In this document: piece by piece, positions 29,001 through 38,278 of the stretch | How the letters are laid out: every line of letters begins with the position of its first letter | Numbering within the stretch: the stretch's first letter is position 1 | Assembly: GCA_041615815.1 (NCBI GenBank) | Contig: JBFJCP010000033.1 | Span: forward strand, 1 to 46,005 | Source: Gemmatimonadales bacterium | GTDB taxonomy: Bacteria; Gemmatimonadota; Gemmatimonadetes; Gemmatimonadales; GWC2-71-9 | DNA length: 46,005 nucleotides | Direction: 5' to 3' | The notes under the pieces: model-generated | Seen by the model: the letters and a program-made list of their open reading frames with translations, nothing else | Databases searched by the model: none | Told to the model about the DNA's origin: nothing | Made by a program: the position numbers and the translations under genes

Positions 29001-29391
29001 GGGGGAGCCTGGCGAGATTGCGGCGTTACGTGAGGAGCTGAGAGATCGCTTTGGTCCGCTGCCCGATCCGGCCGATCGGCTGCTGGTGGTCTCGGAGCTC
29101 CGAGTTCTGGGTGGACGAGTGGGTCTGGAGACCGTCGTCGTGCGGGGTGACGACGCCCGGCTCAAGTTTCGCACGGGGGCGCGGCCCAAGTTGATGCGTC
29201 TGTCGGCGGCCCTCGAAGAGGTGCAGTTCTCCGCCGACGTGCGCAACGCCGTTCCGCTTTCGATGCGACTTCGACGTTTGGGTGGGGTGGGGATCGGGTC
29301 GGGGCTGGTCCGTGCGTTGACGGCGGTCGTGGAGGAGGAGGGCGGGAGTGGGAAGCAAGGAGCCGAACTGCGAGCGCAGAACGCAGAATGA
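26023..29391 (+). CDS. mfd: Transcription-repair coupling factor
   Basis: FAVRGGIVD, VHLEHGIGIY, MDRLIVGDVGYGKTEVA, VDEEHRFGV, TATPIPRTL, GLAQLYQLRGRVGR, RDLELRGAGNILG. Confidence 0.97.
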   Translation: MLPRLVEALRALPAYRGLLEDLPQQGNTMDVAPLPGSGASVLLAALMQDLPQRLFAVVAATPADAERWLADLDVLIASGARHYPQREALGEEEPHLEIAGERVETIAATLAGDVRVLITTVRATAELTPMPTAVAERRLELAVGEPADLETVVGRLEQMGYERRPTVLDVGLFAVRGGIVDVYGFGMAAPTRIEWWGDEPHSIRAFDLETQRSEREVHRVAVLPIRPQKAGRPESRKDGTDSHPQSYHHVDAPSYRQSILDLLPPDTLVFVDADVESAEVHRMWSEAPHHIEVARRRGEDVPDPATIFLPPDAWAARWHRFGRVALGSDTAPHDLKLLPPPRVERDIRRLLKVIRESPTLILCDNQGQLERLDELLTEGGASWAPAAPNATLALGSLGGGFSMRGITVLTDHEIFRRARRIRRPRRYRQALTPAGSLAPGDFLVHLEHGIGIYRGIQTITVGEPGGGTMEVAVLEYEGGDRLNVPLYRLDQVEPYRAVSDGEEASAPRLDRLGSTRWRRRREKTESAIRKMAAELLELYARRALVPGFAFPPDTRWQRELESSFLYEDTPDQRTAAEETKRDMERPHPMDRLIVGDVGYGKTEVAVRAAFKAAQAGKQVVMLVPTTILAEQHGRTFRERLADYPVMVDVLSRFRTPTEQKEVLRRLTGGGVDIVVGTHRLLSRDVTFRDLGLMIVDEEHRFGVRHKERLKALKLEVDVLTLTATPIPRTLHLALSGLRDLTLIQTPPRDRSPVVTFVEPWDDELLEEVMARELDRAGQVFFVHNRIETIDTIAERVVKLAPRARVAVAHGKMRERELDDVMRRFVAGEVDVLVSTMIVESGLDVPNANTMIVHQAHHLGLAQLYQLRGRVGRGHRRAYCYLLVPDAVDPDAEQRLKVLEHHTELGSGYRIALRDLELRGAGNILGGEQSGHAHAVGFDLYMRWLDETVRALKGDAHEEHPPPDVLFEGSAHLPDGYISDEDAKIDIYRRLARAGEPGEIAALREELRDRFGPLPDPADRLLVVSELRVLGGRVGLETVVVRGDDARLKFRTGARPKLMRLSAALEEVQFSADVRNAVPLSMRLRRLGGVGIGSGLVRALTAVVEEEGGSGKQGAELRAQNAE
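26704..26738. repeat. 8-bp-period degenerate tandem repeat inside mfd
   Basis: CAGAAGGC TGGAAGGC CCGAAAGT CGGAAGGA CGG. Confidence 0.6.
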
Positions 29392-29413
29392 AGAGCGCAG
29401 AATGCCGCATGCG
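29344..29413. repeat. 7-bp-period tandem repeats at the mfd/PPIase junction
   Basis: GGGAGTG GGAAGCA AGGAGCC then GAGCGCA GAACGCA GAATGAA GAGCGCA GAATGCC. Confidence 0.75.
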
Positions 29414-30890
29414 TAGTCACCGAGATTCGACACTGGGAACCCGGCGCAGGTGCGTGGGTCGTCGACCGTCGGTCGCCTACGCGCTGTTGACTCTCATCAC
29501 GACCCTTGCGCTCCCCGCATGCAATGTGCGCGACGCCATGACTACCGACGTCGAAATCGTGGCGCGGGCGGGTGACCACCTCCTCACGGTTGACGAGTTG
29601 GCGGATCTGGTGGCCCGGAGCCCGGCTATCCTCCTCAGTCGGGGCGGCATGTCACGCTGGGCACAGGCGTGGATCGATTACTCGCTGTTCGCCCAGCGCC
29701 TCGCCGCGGGCGATTCGTTGCTCGACACCTTGTCGGTGACGGCGGCGATGTGGTATGACATCGACTCGATGACGGTGAATCGCTACAGCGAGCGGTTGGC
29801 AGACAGTTTGGTACGATTGGGCGACACCACGGTCGACAGTGCATTCGGCGCCGGCACCCATCGCCTCATCGATCTCGTCTTGGTCCAGACCACCAGCGAC
29901 ATGCCTACGGACGAGCTCGAAGCCCGACTCCGTGCCGTGAACGGTCTGCAGGCACGACTGGCGGCTGGCGTGCCCTGGAACCAGGTGATGCGGGGCATTG
30001 GCAATCCGGAGGCGGGGGTGATCACGGGGCGGATGCTCACGGTTCGAGCGGCGCTGCCGCCGGAGTTGGGTGCCGCCGTGTACGCGTTGGAGCCGGGTGC
30101 GGCGACCCGCGTTGTGGAGGCGTCGAACGGATTCTATATCGCCCGACGCCCAACGCTCGCCGAAAGCCGGGCGGATTTTACCTCGTCGCTGCGCGACACC
30201 CTGATGCAGCGCATGCAACGCGACTATGTGGAAGCGCTTCCCGACCGATGGAACGTGAGCATTCGGCGCCGAGCGCCGGCCCTGATGCGCGAAGCCGCGC
30301 GCTATCCGTATGAAACCAGCACTTCTCGGAAGGTGCTTGGCACCTTTAACGGCGGAGTGTTCACCGTCGCCGACTTCGTTCGCTGGCTCCCGGTCACCGG
30401 GGTGCAGAGCCAGATCCCCACGGTGGGCGATGAGCAACTTCGCGAGGTCGCCTCGTCCCTCATCGAGGCCGAGCTCCTATACCTAGAAGCTCAGCGAGCC
30501 GGGGTAACCCCTGACCTCGATGGGTTGGCCCAGTTGAAGCAGCGGCTCGCTGAGCGGATCAGTGAAATAAAGGAGGCCCTGAATCTGGACGTCCTTCTCT
30601 CATCCGGTGCCAATCCCGACGTCCAGCGGCGCATGATCCAACTGGGGCTCGCCGAGCACTTTCGGCAGGTCGTTGCGGGAGAACAGTCCCTCGCACTCGT
30701 CCCACCATTCCTGGCGCACAAGCTGCGTGACGAGGCGGGATGGGGAGTCTCGTTCGCCGCCGTGGATCGCGCCGTCGAACGCGCCCGCATTGGTCGGGCG
30801 CAGCTCGCGCGGTCCGGGCAGCTACCGGGTGCCGCCATTCGCCCACCGCTCCCGGCTGCACGTCGTGGAGGAGGTGGCGGTGATCGGTAG
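29388..30890 (+). CDS. PpiC-type peptidyl-prolyl isomerase/chaperone-like putative lipoprotein
   Basis: Lipobox-like LALPAC; LPPELGAAVYALEPG...VVEASNGFYI is a degenerate parvulin motif; start uncertain. Confidence 0.65.
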   Translation: MKSAECRMRSHRDSTLGTRRRCVGRRPSVAYALLTLITTLALPACNVRDAMTTDVEIVARAGDHLLTVDELADLVARSPAILLSRGGMSRWAQAWIDYSLFAQRLAAGDSLLDTLSVTAAMWYDIDSMTVNRYSERLADSLVRLGDTTVDSAFGAGTHRLIDLVLVQTTSDMPTDELEARLRAVNGLQARLAAGVPWNQVMRGIGNPEAGVITGRMLTVRAALPPELGAAVYALEPGAATRVVEASNGFYIARRPTLAESRADFTSSLRDTLMQRMQRDYVEALPDRWNVSIRRRAPALMREAARYPYETSTSRKVLGTFNGGVFTVADFVRWLPVTGVQSQIPTVGDEQLREVASSLIEAELLYLEAQRAGVTPDLDGLAQLKQRLAERISEIKEALNLDVLLSSGANPDVQRRMIQLGLAEHFRQVVAGEQSLALVPPFLAHKLRDEAGWGVSFAAVDRAVERARIGRAQLARSGQLPGAAIRPPLPAARRGGGGGDR

Positions 30891-32202
30891 TCGCGTTGCC
30901 CTCATGGGTTTCGCCGCGTGTTGCGCTACGATGTCACCCGCCTTGGCGCAGGATGACGACTTGATGCTCGTCGATCGGATCATCGCCGTCGTTGGATCAT
31001 CACCCATCACGGCCTCGCGCATCGACGAAGAGGTGAACGTCATTCGGCAACAGGGCGGGGAGGTGCCCACGGACTCCGCGGAACTCGCGGCCTTCAGGCT
31101 GGAAGTCCTGGATCGCATCATCGAGCAGGAGCTGCTGGTCCAGGCGGCGCTGCGGGACACGATGGTGGCGGTGAGCGAGCAAGAACTCCAGGGCGCGGTC
31201 GAGTCAGGACTCCAAGAGATCCGTAACCAATTCCCGTCGCAACTGGACTACGCGCGGGAATTGCGACGGGCGGGATTCGACTCGCCAGAGGACTATCGGT
31301 TGTGGTACACGGAACAGAAACGTCGGGAACTGCTGCAGCAGGCGCTGTTCCGATCGCTGCAGGATCGTGGGCAGCTCCGTCCCGTCACCCCGACGGAAGC
31401 GGAGCTACGTGCGTACTATGACCGACTACCCCAAAAGCCCAAACGGCAACCGTCGGTTTCGTTTCGCCAGATTGTGGTCCCCACCGAGGCGGACAGCGCG
31501 GCGTGGATGGCGGCCGGCCTCAAAGCCGATTCACTGTGGCAGCGACTTCGGGCCAACAAAGATCTGTTCCCGGAGCTCGCCAGGCAGTACTCCGATGACC
31601 CCGGCTCAGCCCAACGCGGCGGGGACCTGGGCTTCTTCCGTCGCGGCCAGATGGTTCGAGAGTTCGAGATCGTCGCGTTCCGGATGCGACCCGGTCAGAT
31701 CTCACCGCCCGTCCGCTCCCCGTTCGGCTATCACATCATTCAGGTCCAGCGGGTAGAGCCGGCAGAAGTGCAAGCCCGGCACATTCTCATTTCGCCCAAG
31801 ATCGCCGACGAGGATCGTGCGCGCGCGCGCCGAATCGCCGCTCGGGTCGTCGGGGAGCTGCGGGAGGGTAAGCCGTTCGACTCCCTCCAGCGCGTATTCC
31901 ACGATCCCCAGGAGCAGACGGTCATCGAGAACTTCCCGATCCAGCAACTTCCGGAGACCTACAAACCAGTGTTCGAAGAAGCCTCGCCCGGTCAGGTCAT
32001 CGGTCCGGTCGAGTTGGATCAGGGTCCCCCCCGGCCGCCCAAATACGCTGCGATCGTGTTCGAGGCGGAGCGTCCGGAGGGTGAGCTGACGTTTGCGGAC
32101 CTGCGCGATCAGATCCGGGACCGCCTCTCACGGGAAGGAGCGTTCGAACGGTTCATTGAGGAACTGAAGAAGAAGACGTATATCGATATTAGGATGGAAT
32201 AG
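30880..32202 (+). CDS. surA: SurA-like periplasmic chaperone/PPIase
   Basis: GTG start with GGAGGAGG SD; VDRIIAVVG; FPELARQYSDDPGSAQRGGDLGFFRRGQMVREFE, SPFGYHII, ARHILI; precedes pdxA. Confidence 0.85.
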   Translation: MIGSRVALMGFAACCATMSPALAQDDDLMLVDRIIAVVGSSPITASRIDEEVNVIRQQGGEVPTDSAELAAFRLEVLDRIIEQELLVQAALRDTMVAVSEQELQGAVESGLQEIRNQFPSQLDYARELRRAGFDSPEDYRLWYTEQKRRELLQQALFRSLQDRGQLRPVTPTEAELRAYYDRLPQKPKRQPSVSFRQIVVPTEADSAAWMAAGLKADSLWQRLRANKDLFPELARQYSDDPGSAQRGGDLGFFRRGQMVREFEIVAFRMRPGQISPPVRSPFGYHIIQVQRVEPAEVQARHILISPKIADEDRARARRIAARVVGELREGKPFDSLQRVFHDPQEQTVIENFPIQQLPETYKPVFEEASPGQVIGPVELDQGPPRPPKYAAIVFEAERPEGELTFADLRDQIRDRLSREGAFERFIEELKKKTYIDIRME

Positions 32203-32207
32203 GCGGA

Positions 32208-33263
32208 ATGGGCGATAGCCCAAACTCCGGCCGCTGGTCCCTAACCCCTGAAACCCAACACATTCTGACTTCCCGACGTCCCTTTCGCTCGGCCACGCGC
32301 ATCGCCATCACCCTCGGCGACCCTCGTGGCATCGGTCCCGAGGTGGTTTCCAAGGTGCTGGCCGAGGGTGTGGGGGACGTCGAAGTCGTCGTCATCGGGC
32401 CTTCCGCGCTGCTTCGTGACCTGCCGGGTGAGCACGTCATTGTCGGCGATGACCTCGATCTCGAGCCTCCATTCCAACAGCGCCGTGGGCGGATCGGCGG
32501 AGCGGCAGATCGGGCCACCCCCTCGCCCCCCGCTCCCTGCTCCTCGCTCTCCCCCGAAGCAGCGGGCCGCATCGTCGGCGTCTCGGTGGAACGTGCCGTC
32601 GCGCTGGCACGGTCCGGTGAGGTCCACGCCATCGTGACCGGACCTGCCGAAAAGCGGGCGTTACATCTGGCGGGGTACCGCTATCCCGGGCACACCGAGT
32701 GGCTGGCGGATCTCGCCGGCGGTGTGGACGTGGCCATGATGCTGTGCGCCGTGGGTCTGCGTGTGGTGTTGATCACTACCCACATCCCGCTGAGGGACGT
32801 GTCGACGGCGCTGACGATGGATCGGGTCCTTCGGGTGGGTCGAATCACTCGCAACGCGCTGGACCAATGGTGGGGCATCGAGGATCCGCGGCTTGCGGTC
32901 TGCGCGCTCAATCCTCACGCCGGCGAGGCGGGGCTCTTCGGGGACGAAGACGATCGTATTCTCGAACCCGCGGCGCAGGAGCTCCACGCTGCCGGCCCCT
33001 TGCCTGCGGACACGGTGTTCGTGCGCGCGCTCAAGGGCGAGTTCGACGCGGTCCTCGCGCCGTATCACGATGTGGGGATGACCGCGGTCAAAGTGGCGGG
33101 GTTCGGGCGTGGGGCCAACGTGACCCTGGGACTGCCGTTCATCAGGACCGCTCCAGATCACGGCACCGCGTTCGACATTGCCGGAAAGGGCATCGCTGAT
33201 GCTGGATCGATGAAGGAAGCCGTAAAGCTGGCAGTGCAGCTAGCGAGGATGAGACGGCGGTGA
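32208..33263 (+). CDS. pdxA: 4-hydroxythreonine-4-phosphate dehydrogenase
   Basis: ITLGDPRGIGPEV, YPGHTEWLA, TTHIPL, LNPHAGE, GPLPADT, YHDVG, NVTLGLPFIRTAPDHGTAFDIAGKG. Start uncertain. Confidence 0.95.
   Translation: MGDSPNSGRWSLTPETQHILTSRRPFRSATRIAITLGDPRGIGPEVVSKVLAEGVGDVEVVVIGPSALLRDLPGEHVIVGDDLDLEPPFQQRRGRIGGAADRATPSPPAPCSSLSPEAAGRIVGVSVERAVALARSGEVHAIVTGPAEKRALHLAGYRYPGHTEWLADLAGGVDVAMMLCAVGLRVVLITTHIPLRDVSTALTMDRVLRVGRITRNALDQWWGIEDPRLAVCALNPHAGEAGLFGDEDDRILEPAAQELHAAGPLPADTVFVRALKGEFDAVLAPYHDVGMTAVKVAGFGRGANVTLGLPFIRTAPDHGTAFDIAGKGIADAGSMKEAVKLAVQLARMRRR
32488..32553. repeat. 8-bp then 7-bp tandem repeats inside pdxA
   Basis: GGCGGATC GGCGGAGC GGCAGATC, then TCGCCCC CCGCTCC CTGCTCC TCGCTCT. 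Confidence 0.75.
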
Positions 33264-33327
33264 GGACTGAGGTGTGGGGTGTGAGCGGCTAGATGGTATG
33301 CGGCTGCTGCCCTGACGCCCTGCTATT

Positions 33328-34674
33328 CTAGCCCGTCGGTTTCTTCGTCTCCCCGCTTCCCGGCTTCCGCGGCACGACGACCCTGATGGTCCCGACGCGC
33401 CGGCCGTCCATCTTCACCACCTCGAGGGTGGTGCCAGCCTCGCTGATGCGATCGCCAGGTTTCGGGAGCCTGCCCAACTGGCCAAAGATGTAGCCCCCCA
33501 CCGAACTATAGTGCTCGCTATCCAGCTTGAGTCCGTACCGGCGATTGAGATCGTCGATCTCCATATCCCCGCCCACGGTGACACCGTCAGCCGCGGTGAC
33601 AGGAACCAGACCTGCCACGTCGTACTCGTCGTAGATCTCGCCCACGATCTCTTCCAGCAGGTCCTCCATGGTGACGATGCCAGCCGTGCCACCGAATTCA
33701 TCGAGTACCACGGCCATTTGGGTCTTCAGCCGCTTCATGTCCGTGAGGACGTCCTCCACTTCGCGAGTTCCGGGAACATAAAGCGGATCGCGAATCAATT
33801 GGGTGATTGGCTGTGTTGGTTCTTCCCGCACGGCCCTGAGTACCTGTTTGGCGTGTACGATGCCCACGATGTTATCCACCGAACCGTCGTAGACCGGATA
33901 CCGCGAGCGGCCAGCCTCCGCGATCCGGTCCGCTGCCGCCTCCACATCGATGGTGTTGGGGAGAGCAACGACGTCGGTCCTCGGTGTCATGACGTCCCTG
34001 GCAGCTTTCTCGGTGAACTCGAACACGCCTTCGATCAACCGGACGTCATGCTGGGCCAGCCGTCCCGACTTGTGGCTTTGCTTCACCAGCATGAGGATCT
34101 CCTCAGGCGAGTGCAGCGTCTCACCGTGGCCCGAACCCTCGATGCCCAAGAGTTTGAGCAACCGGTTGGCGCTCCAGTTGAGAAAGTTCGTAGCTGGCAT
34201 CGTGATCCATGCGAAGAACATGAGGGGCCGCGCGAGCCAGCGGCTGGTGGTCTCGGGATGCGTAATGGCCCAGGCCTTGGGTGCTTGTTCCCCCACCACC
34301 ACGTGGAGGAAGGAGATCACCGCCACGGCGACGATCGCTGCCACCGTCGCCCGGCCCAGGAACTGCAACCACGTGGGCAAGACGGCTACCCATTGGTGGA
34401 AGAGCACTGCGACGGTGTCTTCGGCGACGTAGCCCAGGAGGATCGACGCGAGCGTGATGCCGAGTTGAGCGGCGGAGAGTTGTCGGTAGAGATCTTGCAG
34501 CGATGCTTGGACGGTCTTAGCCTTGCGATCTCCTTGACGCACCATAGCGTCGATACGGGTGCGACGGGCGGCCACCAGCGCGAATTCGGCGGCCACGAAA
34601 AACCCGTTGGCAGCGATCAAGAAGACCACAGCCGCGCTGCGAAACAGGAGAGAATTGAGTGTGATTTCTTCCAT
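33328..34674 (-). CDS. Hemolysin/CNNM family protein (DUF21 + CBS pair + CorC)
   Basis: NGFFVAAEFALV, QLGITLASILLG, VGEQAPK, VMTPR, SRYPVY, DEFGGTAGIVTMEDLLEEIVGEIYDEYD. Confidence 0.93.
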   Translation of the reverse strand: MEEITLNSLLFRSAAVVFLIAANGFFVAAEFALVAARRTRIDAMVRQGDRKAKTVQASLQDLYRQLSAAQLGITLASILLGYVAEDTVAVLFHQWVAVLPTWLQFLGRATVAAIVAVAVISFLHVVVGEQAPKAWAITHPETTSRWLARPLMFFAWITMPATNFLNWSANRLLKLLGIEGSGHGETLHSPEEILMLVKQSHKSGRLAQHDVRLIEGVFEFTEKAARDVMTPRTDVVALPNTIDVEAAADRIAEAGRSRYPVYDGSVDNIVGIVHAKQVLRAVREEPTQPITQLIRDPLYVPGTREVEDVLTDMKRLKTQMAVVLDEFGGTAGIVTMEDLLEEIVGEIYDEYDVAGLVPVTAADGVTVGGDMEIDDLNRRYGLKLDSEHYSSVGGYIFGQLGRLPKPGDRISEAGTTLEVVKMDGRRVGTIRVVVPRKPGSGETKKPTG

Positions 34675-34766
34675 GAGCGGACGTAGAGTCTCCGAAGTGG
34701 CGTGAAAAGTCTCCGAAAGCTACGCGTTGGGCGGTGCCCCGCCAGCGCGCGAACCACGAGCCACGT

Positions 34767-35708
34767 ATGACTGAGGACAGCAGGCAGACCGTGGAACCGT
34801 CGGACCGATCGCTCGAATGTGCGCACCGCATTCCAGCCTTGGGCCGTCACACCCGTGCGCTGAAGCTGGTCCTCGTGGTCACCGCTGTCTTCATGATCGT
34901 GGAGGCCGTTGGCGGGTGGCTCGCCAATTCGCTGGCGCTCATGGCGGATGCGGCCCATATGTTCACCGACGTTGGCGCCATTTCACTCGCGCTCTTCGCC
35001 TCGTGGATTGCACAGCGCCCGGCCACGGCGCAAAAGACATACGGGTACCTGCGGCTCGAGATTCTGGCTGCACTCGTGAACGGGACGGCGCTGTTCATCC
35101 TCACGGGATTCATCGTGTGGGATGCCGTCCGACGGCTGGCGGTGCCCCAGGAGGTCGAGCCCAGGATCCTGCTCGGAGTGGCCTCGGTCGGGCTCTTGGT
35201 GAACGTGTTTGCCGCGCGCCTCTTGCACGCCGGGCACCGTCATTCCCTGAATGTCCGCGGCGCGTATCTCCACGTCCTCGGCGACCTGTTGGGTTCGGTG
35301 GGGGCCATCGCCGCGGGCGTGATCGTCTGGACCACTGGCTGGATGCCCGCTGATCCGCTCATCTCGTTGGGCATCGCGCTGCTCATCCTCGTCGGCGCAT
35401 GGCGCCTGGTTCGGGAAAGCGTCGACGTGCTCCTCGAGGCCACGCCCAAGCACATCGAGCTGGGCCGAGTGCAAGAGCACCTCAGCACCATCCCCGGGGT
35501 CGCCGATGTTCACGACCTCCACGTGTGGACGCTCACGAGTGGCGTCGTGGCCATGAGCGGACATGCGGTGGTAGGGGATCCGCAGGTCTCTCAGCAGGTG
35601 CTGGACGCGGTGCAGAGCCGCATGGCAGATCTCGGTATCCACCACGTGACGATGCAAATCGAGCAGGAAGGAAGCGCCTGCTCGACCGCGCCGAGCGGAA
35701 TGCCTTAG
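34767..35708 (+). CDS. Cation diffusion facilitator (CzcD/ZitB-like Zn/Co/Cd exporter)
   Basis: SLALMADAAHMFTD, TYGYLRLEILAALVNG, SLNVRGAYLHVLGDLLGS, VHDLHVW, HVTMQIE. Confidence 0.93.
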   Translation: MTEDSRQTVEPSDRSLECAHRIPALGRHTRALKLVLVVTAVFMIVEAVGGWLANSLALMADAAHMFTDVGAISLALFASWIAQRPATAQKTYGYLRLEILAALVNGTALFILTGFIVWDAVRRLAVPQEVEPRILLGVASVGLLVNVFAARLLHAGHRHSLNVRGAYLHVLGDLLGSVGAIAAGVIVWTTGWMPADPLISLGIALLILVGAWRLVRESVDVLLEATPKHIELGRVQEHLSTIPGVADVHDLHVWTLTSGVVAMSGHAVVGDPQVSQQVLDAVQSRMADLGIHHVTMQIEQEGSACSTAPSGMP

Positions 35709-35713
35709 ACGGG

Positions 35714-35742
35714 TTGCGTTTGGACCCTGGCCCGTCTATACT
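35714..35742 (+). promoter_or_regulatory. Candidate sigma70 promoter for typA
   Basis: TTGCGT-17 bp-TATACT. Confidence 0.55.
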
Positions 35743-35912
35743 CGGCCACTTCGTGGAGAGGTGGGCGGGAGGAGTAGGACGGCAAGGGAGTACGATTCAT
35801 CAAGGAGAAAGCGAGCATCGGGTAGCGCGAAGCCAAGAGGCGGGTGTGCAGTGCAGCTGCGGGACCTTGTGTTCCCGCCCCCGCTCCCGGCTTCCCGCTC
35901 CCCGTTTTTTAT

Positions 35913-37829
35913 ATGTCGATACGCAACATTGCGATTATTGCGCATGTGGATCACGGGAAGACCACTCTGGTGGACAAGATGCTGCGTCAGGCCGGAATCT
36001 TTCGGTCGGATCAGCAGGTTGAGGAACGAGTGCTGGACTCGAACCCGCTGGAGCGGGAGCGTGGCATCACCATCCTCTCGAAGAACACGGCGGTCCGGTG
36101 GGGCGATGTGAAGATCAACATCGTGGACACACCTGGACACGCCGACTTCGGTGGCGAAGTGGAGCGCATCCTTCGCATGGTGGATGGGGTGCTCCTGCTC
36201 GTGGATGCAGCGGAGGGGCCCATGCCGCAGACGCGCTTCGTTACCCGAAAGGCCCTGGAGCTCGGGCTCGTTCCCGTGGTGGTCATCAACAAGGTGGATC
36301 GTGCAGATGCGCGACCAGCCGCGGTTCATGACGAAGTCTTGGAGCTGTTCCTGGATCTCGAAGCAGCCGACACGCAGCTCGACGCACCGTTTCTCTATGC
36401 GTCGGCGCGGGACGGCTATGCCATGCGCGCATGGGATGAATCGTCCGCCCGTCCGCCGGTCCGCCCGTCCGCCGATCAGGAGCGAGCGAGCCGCGGAACT
36501 GGCGAACCGCCAATGCCAGATCTCACCCCCCTGTTCGAGACCATCGTCCAGACCGTCCCGGCGCCGACAAGCGATTCCACCGGCCCGTTTCAAATGCTCG
36601 TTTCGACCCTGGACTACTCGCCGTACATGGGACGGGTGGCGATTGGGCGGATCGAACGAGGAACGGTGCGCGTGGGGCAGGAAGTCGTGCTCCTTCCGCT
36701 GGGCGCGCCGGGGCTCGTACCCGATGGGCAGTCGGAAAGTGCCCGCGTGGCCAAGCTCTTCGGGTTCGACGGCCTTCAGCGGGTCGAGGTAGAGCGAGCA
36801 AGTGCAGGAGACATTGTCGCGCTTGCCGGACTCGAAGGAGTCGAGATCGGGAAGACAATCGCTGATCCCGAGCGACCTGAGCGGCTTCGCGGAATCTCCG
36901 TCGAGGAGCCTACGATCTCGGTCGACTTCATGGTCAACAACTCGCCCTTTGCGGGCCGGGCGGGCAAATATGTCACCACGCGCCAGGTTCGGGACCGCCT
37001 GTATAAGGAATTAGAGCGAAACGTCGCGCTCCGTGTCGAAGACACCGAGTTGCCCGACGTACTCACGGTGTCCGGCCGAGGGGAGCTGCATCTGGCCATC
37101 CTGATGGAGACCATGCGGCGGGAAGGATTCGAGTTCCAGGTCAGCCGGCCACGGGTCATCACGCGGGTCGCCGAAGGTGGGGAGCGCCTCGAGCCCTACG
37201 AGGAGCTGGTGGTTGACGTGCCCGAGGACATTCTGGGCACCGTTATGGAAACGCTCGGTCCACGGAAGGCCAGTCTCATCGAGATGAAGCACCCGGGAAA
37301 GGGCCGGGTCCAAATGCGGTTCAAGATCCCCGCGCGTGGTCTCTTTGGCTATCGCTCGGAGTTCTTGACGGAGACCCGGGGCGAAGGAATCATGCACCAC
37401 CGGTTCATGGAGTACGGGCCCTGGGCCGGTCCCTTGGCGGGCCGACGACGCGGCGTCATGGTGGCTGACCGGGAGGGGGCGGCGGTAGCGTATGCCCTGG
37501 CCAACCTGCAAGAGCGCTCCACAATGTTCGTGAGTCCGGGAGCGCCGGTGTACGAGGGTATGGTGGTGGGCGAACACGTGCGGCCCGGCGACCTGGATGT
37601 CAACGTCACGCGAGAAAAAAAGCTCACGAACATGAGAACCACGGCATCGGATGGCGTGATCCAACTGGAGCCGCCGCGGGAGATTACCCTCGAGTTCGCC
37701 TTGGAGTATATCGAGGACGACGAGCTCATCGAGGTGACACCGCAGGCTATTCGGCTGCGGAAACGTGCTTTGGATCAGATCACTCGGCGTAAGGCGGCGC
37801 GCGCCGCCCGCGCAGTCAACGGAGAGTAA
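35913..37829 (+). CDS. typA: Translational GTPase TypA/BipA
   Basis: [73 protein letters not shown]. Confidence 0.98.
   Translation: MSIRNIAIIAHVDHGKTTLVDKMLRQAGIFRSDQQVEERVLDSNPLERERGITILSKNTAVRWGDVKINIVDTPGHADFGGEVERILRMVDGVLLLVDAAEGPMPQTRFVTRKALELGLVPVVVINKVDRADARPAAVHDEVLELFLDLEAADTQLDAPFLYASARDGYAMRAWDESSARPPVRPSADQERASRGTGEPPMPDLTPLFETIVQTVPAPTSDSTGPFQMLVSTLDYSPYMGRVAIGRIERGTVRVGQEVVLLPLGAPGLVPDGQSESARVAKLFGFDGLQRVEVERASAGDIVALAGLEGVEIGKTIADPERPERLRGISVEEPTISVDFMVNNSPFAGRAGKYVTTRQVRDRLYKELERNVALRVEDTELPDVLTVSGRGELHLAILMETMRREGFEFQVSRPRVITRVAEGGERLEPYEELVVDVPEDILGTVMETLGPRKASLIEMKHPGKGRVQMRFKIPARGLFGYRSEFLTETRGEGIMHHRFMEYGPWAGPLAGRRRGVMVADREGAAVAYALANLQERSTMFVSPGAPVYEGMVVGEHVRPGDLDVNVTREKKLTNMRTTASDGVIQLEPPREITLEFALEYIEDDELIEVTPQAIRLRKRALDQITRRKAARAARAVNGE
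36443..36474. repeat. Four tandem octamers inside typA
   Basis: GTCCGCCC GTCCGCCG GTCCGCCC GTCCGCCG. Confidence 0.85.
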
Positions 37830-37937
37830 GGGAAGTCAGGGAGCTCGACTGCAGGGGCGGTCTTCCCAGGACCCGCTCCCCGCTTCTTGCTCTCCGCTTC
37901 CTTGTTGCGGTCCAACCCTGTCTCGTGGGAGGAGCAC

Positions 37938-38183
37938 ATGTTGTCCTGGGATACGTCGGGCGCGCCCTGGATCACGCTGTATAAAGAGGATGACGGCGAC
38001 GACAACGGCGGATACGACGACTTCGAGGAGGACGAGGAGTTCGAAGACGACGAAGACGACGACGACAACGAGGACGACGAGGATCTCGAGGACGACTACG
38101 ACGAGTACGACGATCTGGCGGACGAGTTCGAAGACGACGACGAGCCCAAGCACGGTCGCCGAGGTGGTGGGGACTGGGACTAG
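37938..38183 (+). CDS. Small extremely acidic protein (81 aa)
   Basis: Strong SD GGAGGAG before ATG; MLSWDTSGAPWITLYK then a long D/E tract with spaced Y/F/L; G/C-ending codons. Confidence 0.7.
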   Translation: MLSWDTSGAPWITLYKEDDGDDNGGYDDFEEDEEFEDDEDDDDNEDDEDLEDDYDEYDDLADEFEDDDEPKHGRRGGGDWD

Positions 38184-38278
38184 CGGCAGGGGCAGGATAG
38201 GCAGATGGGCTGAGGAGGGACGGACCGCCGCCTCTGCGTATGACGGCTCCCACCTCTTGGTCAGTGGCCGCCTCCGTC

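Noticed and set aside
37990..38145. GACGAC/GAGGAC repeats as a CRISPR array or DNA repeat
   Set aside because: 3-bp periodicity is explained by Asp/Glu codons; no repeat-spacer structure and no cas genes anywhere in the window.
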